From an uncultured Chloroflexia bacterium (GTDB lineage Bacteria > Chloroflexota > Limnocylindria > Limnocylindrales > CSP1-4): a stretch of 64,000 nucleotides of DNA. The stretch spans positions 864,001-928,000 of the forward strand of contig OY970218.1 in NCBI GenBank assembly GCA_963713975.1. Reading direction: 5' to 3'. How positions within the stretch are numbered: position 1 is the stretch's first letter; each line of letters begins with the position of its first letter. This document shows positions 1-9,246 of this stretch, piece after piece. The position numbers and the translations under genes were made by a program. The notes under the pieces are model-generated. The model had not been told where the DNA came from, ran no database searches, and saw only the letters and a list, made by a program, of their open reading frames with translations.

Positions 1-137
1 TTGGGGTCTGCGGCAACCGCGGTCAATGGCAGCGCCGCCGCTGCCACGAGGGCCGCGGCCGACCCGGCGGCGGCCGTGAGCAACGCGCGTCTCGTGCCCG
101 CCATGGATCCGTCCCGATGAGCCTTCTGATCCGCCAT
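1..137 (-). CDS. 5' part of a Tat-exported protein (runs off the window start)
   Basis: Not in the ORF track. ATG at 137 is preceded by GGGAGG and translates MADQKAHRDGSMAGTRRALLTAAAGSAAALVAAAALPLTAVAADP: a twin-arginine TRRALL motif, an h-region and a VAA-D cleavage-like site. Confidence 0.7.
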   Translation of the reverse strand, partial: MADQKAHRDGSMAGTRRALLTAAAGSAAALVAAAALPLTAVAADP

Positions 138-301
138 GTCTGCCTCCCGGTGCCGGCAATACCGCCGTATCGCGCAAAGAGTAGCGCGGTGCGCCTCCGC
201 CGCCACGGCCTGCCAACACGTCGCGGGAGGCGTCGCCGACCCCCGTGCGGGGCCCACCGCGGATCGGCAGCATCTGCACCGCGGGCATCGGATACTGGCG
301 C

Positions 302-1414
302 ATGCCCTCCCCTGCATTCACGACCGATCGCAGACGCTTGGCCTCGATGCGCCTGGCCGCCCAGGGCATCCGTGGGGAGCGACACCGGTCGCCGGGCGGC
401 GTCGTCCGTTCGATGCTGGCGATCCAGGGGCAGGACTTCCAAAGTGCTCGGTGGTCCATCGGCCTCCGCAGTCGCGTGACCGATCGCGAGGTGGGGGCGG
501 CCTTCGACGCGGGTGACATCGTCAGGTCCTGGCCGATGCGGGGCACGCTGCACGTCGTCGCCGCCGAGGACATCGGCTGGATGCTGGAGCTGATGGCATC
601 CCGCGTGGCCGCCGCCGCTGCCACCCGGCGGGCGCAGCTCGGGATCACCGAGGACGACCTCCGGCTGGCCCATGACGCCGCCGTCGCGGCGCTCGATGGC
701 AGTCGCGCCCTCACCCGTGAGGCCCTGCTGTCGGCGCTCGCCGCGAGCGGCATCGTCATCGACGGCCAGCGCGGGTACCACTTCCTGGGGTACCTGGCCC
801 AGACCGGTGTGATCGTGCTGGGACCGGTCACCGGCAGGCAGCAGGCGTTCGTGCTCCTCGGCGAGTGGGTGCGCTCGCCGAGGCAGCTGGACCGCGACGA
901 GGCGCTGGGGGAGCTTGCCTACCGCTACTTCCGGAGCCATGGGCCCGCCACGGACCGCGACCTGGCGCGCTGGTCTGGCCTGCCGCTGGGCGACGTGCGG
1001 CGTGGGCTGGCCGTCCACGGTGGTGGGCTCTCGCGCCTGGAGGTCGGCGGGACGACATACCACCTCGCGCCCGAGATCCTGGAGGGGGGGCCTGCCAATT
1101 CGCCCGTGTTGCCGCGACAGGACGTTCGCCTCCTGCCGGGGTTCGACGAGTACCTCCTGGGCTACGGGGACCGGACCGCCGCCCTCGCGCCGGAGCACGC
1201 CCAGGCCGTGGTCCCCGGCAACAACGGGATGTTCCTGCCGACGATCGTCATCGACGGAGCGGTCGTGGGCACCTGGAAGCGGACCACGAGGGCCCGCGAG
1301 GTGGTCATCGACCTGTCGCCGTTCGCCCCGCTCCCCGACACCGCCCGTGCAGGCCTCACGGCTGCCGCTCGGGCGTACGGGGAGTTCCTGGGCACCCCTG
1401 CCCGGATCGGGTGA
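302..1414 (+). CDS. HTH_42 (AlkZ/YcaQ family) winged-helix DNA glycosylase-like protein
   Basis: LAIQGQD (QxQ), RSWPMRGTLH, YFRSHGPAT..DLARWSGL and LLPGFDEYLLGY motifs. The start (ATG 302) is uncertain. Confidence 0.85.
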   Translation: MPSPAFTTDRRRLASMRLAAQGIRGERHRSPGGVVRSMLAIQGQDFQSARWSIGLRSRVTDREVGAAFDAGDIVRSWPMRGTLHVVAAEDIGWMLELMASRVAAAAATRRAQLGITEDDLRLAHDAAVAALDGSRALTREALLSALAASGIVIDGQRGYHFLGYLAQTGVIVLGPVTGRQQAFVLLGEWVRSPRQLDRDEALGELAYRYFRSHGPATDRDLARWSGLPLGDVRRGLAVHGGGLSRLEVGGTTYHLAPEILEGGPANSPVLPRQDVRLLPGFDEYLLGYGDRTAALAPEHAQAVVPGNNGMFLPTIVIDGAVVGTWKRTTRAREVVIDLSPFAPLPDTARAGLTAAARAYGEFLGTPARIG

Positions 1415-1468
1415 TCGGGCCCTACGACGCCGAACCAGGCCCGGGATCGCCGAACCGGGCCCGCGACG

Positions 1469-1990
1469 CTACCTGTGCGGGTGCGACATCTGGTCGATGA
1501 CGATCGTGACCGCCAGCACGATGGCATCGTCCTGACCCGGGGCGACCTGGACGCCGTACGTGTCCCGGACGCGGAACCACTTCTTGCCGATCTCGGCGAT
1601 CTTGGCGTCGTCGGCCTTGATCTCGTACTTGTGGTCCACGATGTTGCCGTGGGTGGACCACGTGCCGCCGGCTTCGAAGTCGACGTCGTAGCGCTCGTGC
1701 AGCGGCGTGAACAGCGCCTTCTTGACGGTGGCGACCTTCCCCGCCGGCCCGTCGATCGTCATGACGTCCCGGACGGTGGCCAGCTTCTCCTTGATCGTGA
1801 AGAGCGTGCGCCCGGCGCCATCCTGGAGCTCAAGCGTCTTGCGGATCCGCAGCGCCTTGCCATCCACCTTGAACACTCGCTGGCCGGCGCCGTTCTCGAT
1901 CCAGAAGTCGTCACCGATCGAGAACATGCGCTGGTGCATCTGGTAGGTGCTGGGACCCGCTCCGTGGCCCTCGTCGCGATGTCCGAACAT
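1469..1990 (-). CDS. LURP-one-related (Tubby C-like) protein
   Basis: QRMFSIGDDFWIEN..FKVDGKALR and KKWFRVRDTYGVQV motifs; GGAGG RBS. Confidence 0.85.
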   Translation of the reverse strand: MFGHRDEGHGAGPSTYQMHQRMFSIGDDFWIENGAGQRVFKVDGKALRIRKTLELQDGAGRTLFTIKEKLATVRDVMTIDGPAGKVATVKKALFTPLHERYDVDFEAGGTWSTHGNIVDHKYEIKADDAKIAEIGKKWFRVRDTYGVQVAPGQDDAIVLAVTIVIDQMSHPHR

Positions 1991-2045
1991 GCCGTTCCTC
2001 CGATGGCCGCGGCGGGGGCAATGGCCCGCGCCGGTCAGCTGGATC

Positions 2046-2693
2046 CTATTGCGCCGCGAGAATCGTCCGCAGCAGCGGGGTCATGCGCCTCGCCGCCCGC
2101 GAGCGGTGCGAGACCGCGTGCTTCTCGGCGGCGGACCACTGGCCCAGCGTGCGCCCGCCGGGCGGCTCCCCGGGAGGCTCGAACAGCGGGTCGTACCCGA
2201 AGCCGCCGTCGCCGCGGAGCCCGGTGGCGATCCGGCCGCGACAGGTCCCCCTTCGGGTCACGATCCGCAGCGCCCCCCGCGGTCCCCGCTCCTCCGGCAG
2301 CGCCACGGCCAGGACGCAGACGTAGCGGGCCCCCCGTCTCGCGGCCGGCAGGCCATCCAGCTCGCGGAGCAGCAGCTCGTTGTTGGACGCGTCGGTGGCG
2401 TCCAGCCCCGAATAGCGCCGTGTCCGCACGCCGGGCCCACCGCCCAGCGCATCGACCTCGAGGCCGGAGTCGTCGGCCAGCGTCGGCAGGCCGGAGCGCG
2501 CCGCGTAGAAGCGGGCCTTGATCCGCGCGTTGGTCTCGAAGGTCTCGCCGGTCTCCTCCGGCTCGTCCGGGATGCCCACGTCGTCCGGCGAGAGCAGCTC
2601 TACGTCCGAGGGCAGCGCCAGCAGCTCGCGGAGCTCGCGCAGCTTGTGGCGCGATCTCGTGGCGACCAGGAGGCGCCGGGGTGCGTCCCCCAC
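2046..2693 (-). CDS. rdgB: Non-canonical purine NTP pyrophosphatase (RdgB/HAM1)
   Basis: EETGETFETNA.IKA, ADDSGLEVDALGGGPGV, GFGYDPLF and KHAVSHR motifs; lies downstream of rph. Confidence 0.95.
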   Translation of the reverse strand: MGDAPRRLLVATRSRHKLRELRELLALPSDVELLSPDDVGIPDEPEETGETFETNARIKARFYAARSGLPTLADDSGLEVDALGGGPGVRTRRYSGLDATDASNNELLLRELDGLPAARRGARYVCVLAVALPEERGPRGALRIVTRRGTCRGRIATGLRGDGGFGYDPLFEPPGEPPGGRTLGQWSAAEKHAVSHRSRAARRMTPLLRTILAAQ

Positions 2694-3427
2694 TAGCGCC
2701 GGACCGTGGAGATCGCCTGGGTCTGCGCCTCGAACAGCCGGCCCAGGCCCACGTTGGCGAGGTCGAGCAGCTGGTCCAGCGACGCCCGATCGAAGGGCTT
2801 GCCCTCGGCCGTGCCCTGGAGCTCGACGTACGCGCCCGCATCCGTGCCCACGACGTTGAAGTCCACCTCGGCGCGGGAGTCCTCGGGGTAGTCCAGGTCC
2901 AGGAGGTGCACCCCGTCGATGATGCCCACGCTGACCGCGGCGACGTGCCCCGTGAGGTGGCGCTCCATGCCGTAGGTGATCAGCGCGGCAGCAAGCGCCA
3001 CGTACCCGCCGGTGATCGAGGCCGTCCGGGTGCCGCCGTCCGCGACGATGACGTCGCAGTCCACGGTGACCGTGCGCTCGCCGAGGCGCGAGAGGTCCAC
3101 GACGCCCCGCAGGGAGCGGCCCACCAGGCGCTGGATCTCGTGGGTCCGGCCGCCGATCTTCCCCTTGGCCGACTCACGCTCGGAGCGCTCCGCGGTGGCC
3201 CGGGGAAGCATCTCGTAGGTGCCGGTGACCCAGCCCGTGCCCTTGCCACGCAGGTGCGGTGGGACGCGATCCTCGATGGTGGCCGCGCACAGGACCTGCG
3301 TGTCGCCGAAGCGGATCATGCACGAGCCCTCGGCCCACTTCTGGACCCCGAGCGTGATCTCGATGGGCCGGATGTCGTTGGGCCCGCGTCCATCTGCACG
3401 GACGTGTGGGCGGTTGCCGATGCTCAT
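2693..3427 (-). CDS. rph: Ribonuclease PH
   Basis: [23 protein letters not shown] and [18 protein letters not shown] motifs. ATG 3427 overlaps the mazG stop. Confidence 0.97.
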   Translation of the reverse strand: MSIGNRPHVRADGRGPNDIRPIEITLGVQKWAEGSCMIRFGDTQVLCAATIEDRVPPHLRGKGTGWVTGTYEMLPRATAERSERESAKGKIGGRTHEIQRLVGRSLRGVVDLSRLGERTVTVDCDVIVADGGTRTASITGGYVALAAALITYGMERHLTGHVAAVSVGIIDGVHLLDLDYPEDSRAEVDFNVVGTDAGAYVELQGTAEGKPFDRASLDQLLDLANVGLGRLFEAQTQAISTVRR

Positions 3428-4584
3428 GCCGTCGCCTCCCCGCGCTCGAACGCCTTGGCGGCGTCCCAGAACGCATCCAGCTCCTCGAAGGAGCAATCAC
3501 GGAGGGCGACGCCCCGTTCGGCGGCCGCCAGCTCCACGTGCCGGAACCGCCGGCGGAACTTGTCGTTGGCCGAGCGCAGCGCGCCCTCGACCTCGATGCC
3601 GGTCTTGCGACCGACGTTGACGAGGACGAACAGCAGGTCGCCCAGCTCCTCTGCGCGATGATCCTGGTCCTCGGCCTCGGCCAGCTCCACGACCTCCTCG
3701 TGCACCTTGTCCAGGACGCCGTCGATGGACGGCCAGTCGTAGCCGATATGCGCCGCGCGCTCCTGCATCTCCTGGCTGGCAGCGAGCGCCGGCAGGGACC
3801 GGCTGATCCCGTCCAGCGCGCTCTTCGGAACCTCGGCGCCGGCATCGCCCGCGGCCGCCGCCCGCTCGCCCTGCTTGATCCGCTCCCACTGGCGGTTGAC
3901 GTCGGCGGCGGTGCGGGCCTCGGACTCCCCGAAGACATGGGGGTGGCGGCGGACGATCTTGGTGGCGATGGCAGACCACACGTCGGTCATGTCAAACGTG
4001 CCCGCCTCCGCGGCAAGCTGAGCGTGCAGCACGACCTGGAGCAGGAGGTCGCCGAGTTCGCCCGCCAGCTCCGGCGTGGCGCCGGCCTCGAGGGCGTCAT
4101 AGACCTCGTACGCCTCCTCGAGCAGGTGGTTGCGCAGGGACTGGTGCGTCTGCTCGCGATCCCAGGGACAGCCGTCCGGGGCGCGCAGCCGGTCCGAGAT
4201 CCAGGGCATGCCCCACGGCGAGGCGCTGTTGAGCACGGGGGCCACTGGCGCGAGGTACAGCGGCACGTCGAGGTCCGCCTCGGTGAGCGCCCCGACGGTC
4301 GTAGCCTCCACTTCGCCGAGCCGTCCGACGGGGTGCCCCGCAGGGTAGAGGCGCCGCAGCACCGCGACGGGGTCCCTTCCTGCGTCACCGTGGCGCCCAG
4401 GGAGCGGTGCGACGGCACCATCGACCGGGGCCGTGACCCGCAGGCGGGCCGCCGGCACGACGAGGACCGGGAGCGACGGCTCGACCGGCGTCGCGAAGAG
4501 CCGCTCCGACACCACGATCGCGAGCCCGGTGCCAGGATCCAGGCCCCATCGGACCCGGGCCTCGGCGAGGAGCGCGTCCAGCAT
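3424..4584 (-). CDS. mazG: Nucleoside triphosphate pyrophosphohydrolase MazG with a degenerate YabN-like N-terminal region
   Basis: [38 protein letters not shown] and a second EELGDLLF repeat. Confidence 0.93.
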   Translation of the reverse strand: MLDALLAEARVRWGLDPGTGLAIVVSERLFATPVEPSLPVLVVPAARLRVTAPVDGAVAPLPGRHGDAGRDPVAVLRRLYPAGHPVGRLGEVEATTVGALTEADLDVPLYLAPVAPVLNSASPWGMPWISDRLRAPDGCPWDREQTHQSLRNHLLEEAYEVYDALEAGATPELAGELGDLLLQVVLHAQLAAEAGTFDMTDVWSAIATKIVRRHPHVFGESEARTAADVNRQWERIKQGERAAAAGDAGAEVPKSALDGISRSLPALAASQEMQERAAHIGYDWPSIDGVLDKVHEEVVELAEAEDQDHRAEELGDLLFVLVNVGRKTGIEVEGALRSANDKFRRRFRHVELAAAERGVALRDCSFEELDAFWDAAKAFERGEATA

Positions 4585-4607
4585 CGGCCCGCCCGTCCCC
4601 GCCAGCG

Positions 4608-6326
4608 TCAGCTCGTGGCCTGGCCGGTAACCGTCGGGTCGCGGGTGATCTCGACGGCGGCCTTCTCCTTGGAGTACCAGAGCGGGAAGGCGGAGGTCTC
4701 CAGCGACGCCTTCTGCGCGGCGTCGGGCTCCCGGTTCTGCTCGGCGCTCACCAGGAACAGGTAGATCCCCTCGCCGGGAACGACCAGCGGCTCGCTCACC
4801 TCGCCGATCGGCGCCGCGAAGATCGCCGCCTCGCGGGCCTCGTCGACCTGGCCCCGGCCGATCCAGCCAAGCTCTCCACCGTTCGCGGCCTCCGCGCTGT
4901 CCGAGTTGTCGCGCGCCGCGTCGGCGAAGGTCAGCGTCCCCGCGTCGATGTCCGTCGTGAGCTTGGCCGCCCATTCCTCGTCGGTGGGTCCGTGCATGAC
5001 CTGGATCACGTGCCACCCGAACTCCGTCTTGACGGGATCGAGGAGCTGGCCCGGCTGGAGGCCGGGCTCGAAGATCGCGTCGGCGAACGCCTGTGTGAGC
5101 TGATCGTCCGTCGAGAAGTACGGCAGCTTGCCGCCGGTGATCTCGACCTGGTCCTCGTCGCTCTCGGCGCGCGCGATGGCATCGAACTGCGACGGGTCCG
5201 CCTTCAACTTCTCCCAGGTGGCCTTCGCCTCGAGCTCCGCCTTGGCCCAGGCCGGGTCCGTGTCCGGGACGGGCGTGGTCGGTCGCGGCGTGTCGTTGGG
5301 CGAGTAGAGGATGTGCCGCACGCGGATGGCACCCGGACCGGACTCGCTGGTGCCTTCCTGCATGAAGATCTCGGAGGTCTGGCGCTGCGGACCTGGGGCC
5401 AGGTACTGGGCCAGGATCGCGTCGCTCAGCTTGGTGCGGGTCACGTCGCGGCGCAGGGCGGCGCGGAAGTCGTCCATGCCCACGCCGTTCTCGCCGAGCT
5501 GCGCGGCCAGGGTGGCATCCACGACCGGCGCGATGATCTCGGTCACCCGACCGATCCGGAAGCTCCCGTCGGCGCCCTCGATGACGTCGGTCGGGGCATC
5601 AATCTGCGCTGCCATCAGCGCCGCGAGCAGAGCCGGGTCCAGCGCCGAGTTGGCGTCGATGAAGGAGATGTCGCCGGCCTGCTCCTTGGACGCGTCCGTG
5701 GAGACGTCCTTGGCGGTGGTCTCCCAGTCCTGGCCGCCCTTGAGGTCGGTGAGCGCCTTGGTGGCCGACGCCCTGGCGGCCGCGATCGCCGCCGGCGTGG
5801 GCGTGCTTGCCCCTTCGGCGAGCTCGGGCTCGACCTCGATCATCCACGCGTGACGGAGCTCGGGCGTGGTCGCCTCTTCTGTGAAGCGCGCATCCACGTC
5901 GGCGTCCGTGACGATGACGCCCTGCTTGGCGGCGAGATCGGCCTGCACGGCGCCATCGATCAGCTGCTCCAGCGAGAGTGCATCGTTCTGCGCCAGGCGC
6001 TGCTGGATGACCGAGATCCTGGCGTCGGCATCCGCGCTGCGGATCTGGCCCGCCGCGAGGAGCGTGCGGAGGCGCCGCTGCTGGTAGTCCGCCCGGAACT
6101 CGTTGACGGCGACCTGTTGCTTCCAGGTGGCCGTGCTGATCGACTGGCCGTTCACCGTGCCGGCGGTGCTCAGGTTGTCCCCGAAGAAGGAGGCGCCGGC
6201 CGCGACCAGGAGCAGCACGAGCGCGATCACGATCGTGAGCCCGAAACCGATGTTGAGCAGCATGGAACGCCGCTCGCGGTCGTCCCAGGTCCGGGAGTGC
6301 TTCGTGGGGCGGGAGCGTGACGTCAT
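4608..6326 (-). CDS. Membrane-anchored SurA/PrsA-like peptidyl-prolyl isomerase with multiple parvulin domains
   Basis: N-terminal TM, SurA-N-like region, and VRHIL, FDAIARAES, PVKTEFGWHVI and GGELGW parvulin motifs. Confidence 0.88.
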   Translation of the reverse strand: MTSRSRPTKHSRTWDDRERRSMLLNIGFGLTIVIALVLLLVAAGASFFGDNLSTAGTVNGQSISTATWKQQVAVNEFRADYQQRRLRTLLAAGQIRSADADARISVIQQRLAQNDALSLEQLIDGAVQADLAAKQGVIVTDADVDARFTEEATTPELRHAWMIEVEPELAEGASTPTPAAIAAARASATKALTDLKGGQDWETTAKDVSTDASKEQAGDISFIDANSALDPALLAALMAAQIDAPTDVIEGADGSFRIGRVTEIIAPVVDATLAAQLGENGVGMDDFRAALRRDVTRTKLSDAILAQYLAPGPQRQTSEIFMQEGTSESGPGAIRVRHILYSPNDTPRPTTPVPDTDPAWAKAELEAKATWEKLKADPSQFDAIARAESDEDQVEITGGKLPYFSTDDQLTQAFADAIFEPGLQPGQLLDPVKTEFGWHVIQVMHGPTDEEWAAKLTTDIDAGTLTFADAARDNSDSAEAANGGELGWIGRGQVDEAREAAIFAAPIGEVSEPLVVPGEGIYLFLVSAEQNREPDAAQKASLETSAFPLWYSKEKAAVEITRDPTVTGQATS

Positions 6327-6468
6327 GGTGGTCGGAGCGTCCTCGTGGTGGAGCGGTCGTCGCCAGGTAGCGGAAGGAGTGCGAACGGATGCGGCGGACG
6401 ACGCCGGGCGGATGGTACCCCATGCGCGCGCGAGGCCGGAGCAGCGGCCTCGTGCTACCCTCCCGGCC

Positions 6469-7338
6469 GTGACTGCCAGATCCGAGGTGTCCTCCTCGTA
6501 CCGGTCGTCGTCGATACGTCCTGGCTCGCTGGCGCTCATCCGCATCGGCATCAAGGAGACGCTGTCGCGGCGGCGCCTGATTGCGTACCTCGTCCGAGCC
6601 GACCTCAAGAAGAGCGGCGCCGACACCTTGCTGGGGAACGTCTGGTGGGTGCTCGACCCGCTCCTCCAGATGCTTGTCTACTACGTGCTGGTCGGCGTCA
6701 TCCTCAAGCGCAACACCTACGAGGACTACCCGCTCTTCATCTTCGCGGCCATCCTGCCCTGGAAGTGGTTCGACGCCACGGTGAAGGACGGTGTCAGCTC
6801 CGTCGTCAGCCAAGAGCGGCTGATCAAGCAGATCTACTTCCCGAAGCTCGTCCTGCCGGTGGCCAGCACGTTCTCGGGCGTCGTGGGCTTCGCATTCGGC
6901 CTGATCCCGCTGCTCGGGATGCTCGCGCTCTTCTATCCGAACCACCTGTCGGCCTGGGTCCTGCTGATCCCGGTCATCGCGGTCGTGCAGTTCCTGTTCT
7001 CGCTCGGGGTGGCGGTCGGCGTTGCCGCCATCAACGTCTTCTACCGCGACGTCGGCAACCTCTCGCGGCACCTCCTGCGCTTCTGGTTCTTCCTGTCGCC
7101 GACGCTGTACGGGCTCGACAAGGTCGAGGACATCGTCGGATCGAACGAGATCGTCAAGGTCTGGTACGCGATCAACCCGTTCTCGTATCTGCTCACCGCC
7201 TACCGGGACGTCATCTACTACGGACGACCGCCTGAATGGCTCGGCCTGGTGGTGGTTGGACTCCTGTCCCTCGTGCTCATCGCCTTGGCGATCCTCGGCT
7301 TCAAGCGTGTCGAGCCCACATTCGCGAAGGTCCTGTGA
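6469..7338 (+). CDS. ABC-2 polysaccharide/teichoic acid exporter permease (Wzm/TagG-like)
   Basis: LGNVWWVLDPLLQMLVY, LIKQIYFPK, FYRDV, WFFLSP and INPF motifs. GTG 6469 sits 7 nt after TACCCT. Confidence 0.9.
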   Translation: MTARSEVSSSYRSSSIRPGSLALIRIGIKETLSRRRLIAYLVRADLKKSGADTLLGNVWWVLDPLLQMLVYYVLVGVILKRNTYEDYPLFIFAAILPWKWFDATVKDGVSSVVSQERLIKQIYFPKLVLPVASTFSGVVGFAFGLIPLLGMLALFYPNHLSAWVLLIPVIAVVQFLFSLGVAVGVAAINVFYRDVGNLSRHLLRFWFFLSPTLYGLDKVEDIVGSNEIVKVWYAINPFSYLLTAYRDVIYYGRPPEWLGLVVVGLLSLVLIALAILGFKRVEPTFAKVL

Positions 7339-8165
7339 GCGCACCGCCTGACCTTGATCCGAAGGTCGCCATCAGGACCCAGGACCTGGGTGTCAGGTAC
7401 AGCCTGCACCTGACCAGGAAGCAGACCGTCAAGCAGTCGGTCGTCCGCCGGGTCCGCCGTGAGGGCGATGCGGAGTTCTGGGCCCTGCGCAGGGTGTCGT
7501 TCACCGTGTCGCACGGTGAGTCGCTCGGGGTCATCGGACCCAACGGGGCCGGCAAGAGCACGCTGCTCCAGGTCCTCGCCGGGATCATCACCCCGTCCGA
7601 AGGCGAGGTCGCCGTCGATGGCCACGTCTCCAGCCTGCTCACCCTGGGGGTCGGCTTCGACCAGGATCTCAGCGGCACGGACAACATCCGGCTCGCGGGC
7701 GCATTCATGGGGATCGACCACAAGCTGGTCGAGGAGCGGCTGCCGGGCATCGTGGACTACGCCGACCTCGGCGCGTTCATCGACGCCCCGATCAAGACCT
7801 ACTCATCCGGCATGCGGGCCCGGCTCGGGTTCGCAATCGCGACGTCGGTCGAACCCGACATCCTGCTCCTGGACGAGGTCCTGTCCACGGGCGACGCCGC
7901 GTTCCGGGCCAAGTCCAAGCAGCGCGTCGGCGAGCTCGTCCATGAGGCCAAGGCCATCGTGCTCGTGACCCACGACATGAACTGGGTCACCGAGTACTGC
8001 AACCGCGCCATGCTGATCGAGAAGGGCAACATCGTCGCCGAGGGTGCCCCCGCGGACGTGGTCCTGCAGCACCAGGAGCGCTCCGCCCAGCGCCGGGCCG
8101 AACAGCTCGCCGCGGGCGTCTTCGCGACCAGGAACCAGCCGCTGCGCCCCCGACGCCGGCGCTGA
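7335..8165 (+). CDS. ABC polysaccharide exporter ATPase (Wzt/TagH-like), no C-terminal carbohydrate-binding domain
   Basis: Walker A GPNGAGKS, YSSGM signature, LLLDE; GTGA overlap with the permease stop. Confidence 0.92.
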   Translation: MSAPPDLDPKVAIRTQDLGVRYSLHLTRKQTVKQSVVRRVRREGDAEFWALRRVSFTVSHGESLGVIGPNGAGKSTLLQVLAGIITPSEGEVAVDGHVSSLLTLGVGFDQDLSGTDNIRLAGAFMGIDHKLVEERLPGIVDYADLGAFIDAPIKTYSSGMRARLGFAIATSVEPDILLLDEVLSTGDAAFRAKSKQRVGELVHEAKAIVLVTHDMNWVTEYCNRAMLIEKGNIVAEGAPADVVLQHQERSAQRRAEQLAAGVFATRNQPLRPRRRR

Positions 8166-8261
8166 AGCACACGCGCCGACGCAGGGGCTCCCCCGTCGTG
8201 ACCGGTCGCGCGGGCTGACGCGCCGCCCACCGGCTCAACGGTCGGGTCAACCGAGGTTTCA

Positions 8262-8327
8262 GCCGCTGAGCGGCACGTTTGTCGCTCCGGCGACCCTATC
8301 CGGCCGACAGGTGTGCCGCTGAGCGGC
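8262..8327. repeat. Nested palindrome / long inverted repeat between convergent genes
   Basis: GCCGCTGAGCGGC at 8262-8274 and 8315-8327, each self-palindromic and mutually near-complementary; internal GTCGC-TCCG-GCGAC at 8281-8294. Confidence 0.6.
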
Positions 8328-8403
8328 GCAAACGACACCGCACCCGACGGTTGGACCGCCAGCCGGCACGCACCTCGGGCCATCTGACCGGGATCGGTTG
8401 GTC

Positions 8404-9018
8404 CTAGCGCCTCTCGCGCAGCAGCCGGCCGAGCACCGTGACCACGCCAAACGCGGCGCCGGCGACGATGGCGCCGCGCCAGTCGAGCAGGGGCTTGACC
8501 TCGCCCGAGACATGCTGGGCGATCATCACCAGCACGGCCGACGGCCGCGTGACGGTCACCCGCTGGGCGATCACCGTACGGGCGAGCGCCTGCTCCAGCG
8601 TCACCTCACCGGCGAGCACGGTGCCGGCGAATCCCTGCGTGACGCGCAGCTCGCCTGCCAGCGCCGCGCCGACGCCGCCGAACTCGACCCCGATGCGGTC
8701 TGCCTTCGCCGCGCCAACGCCGCCCCACTGGACGAACACCTCCTCGGCGTCGAGGGCACCGATGCCGCCCATCCGGACTTCGACGGTCCCTGCGCTCGCC
8801 TTGCCGGTGCCGCTGCGCTCGATGCTCAGGCTGCCGACGGAGACGCGGTTGGCGGCCGGCTGGGGAGTGGTCTCATCGTGCCCCGCAGCGACCGCGACGG
8901 CGGGGGCGTCGGCGGGCGCAGGAACCTCCACAGGCGTAGTGGCGTCAGCCGGCGACGGGTCGGCCGCCGCTGTTGCCTTCCGGCGGCGTTTCGGCGTGGC
9001 GGGCGTCTCGTCGGTCAT
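8404..9018 (-). CDS. Hypothetical protein with 15-aa tandem beta-repeats and a C-terminal TM helix
   Basis: GGIGALDAEEVFVQW / GGVGAAKADRIGVEF / GGVGAALAGELRVTQ repeats; hydrophobic C-terminus followed by RERR; GAGGA RBS. Confidence 0.75.
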   Translation of the reverse strand: MTDETPATPKRRRKATAAADPSPADATTPVEVPAPADAPAVAVAAGHDETTPQPAANRVSVGSLSIERSGTGKASAGTVEVRMGGIGALDAEEVFVQWGGVGAAKADRIGVEFGGVGAALAGELRVTQGFAGTVLAGEVTLEQALARTVIAQRVTVTRPSAVLVMIAQHVSGEVKPLLDWRGAIVAGAAFGVVTVLGRLLRERR

Positions 9019-9246
9019 GGCGGTCCTCGGGTTCGGCTCGGCAGGTCCGGGCAGCCTACCGCAGTCACCCGGGATCGACCATGGCCGGAGGTCCCGTCCC
9101 TGGCCTGCCTACGGCCGCGACCTGCGCCGATACCGGCTATGCTCCGCGCGGATCCGGACCCATCGGGACGCGGGGCAGACACGCCGGACGCGACCCGGCG
9201 ATCGGAGCCGTGACCTGACCGCGATCGTTCCTCACCCGGAGCCCAG

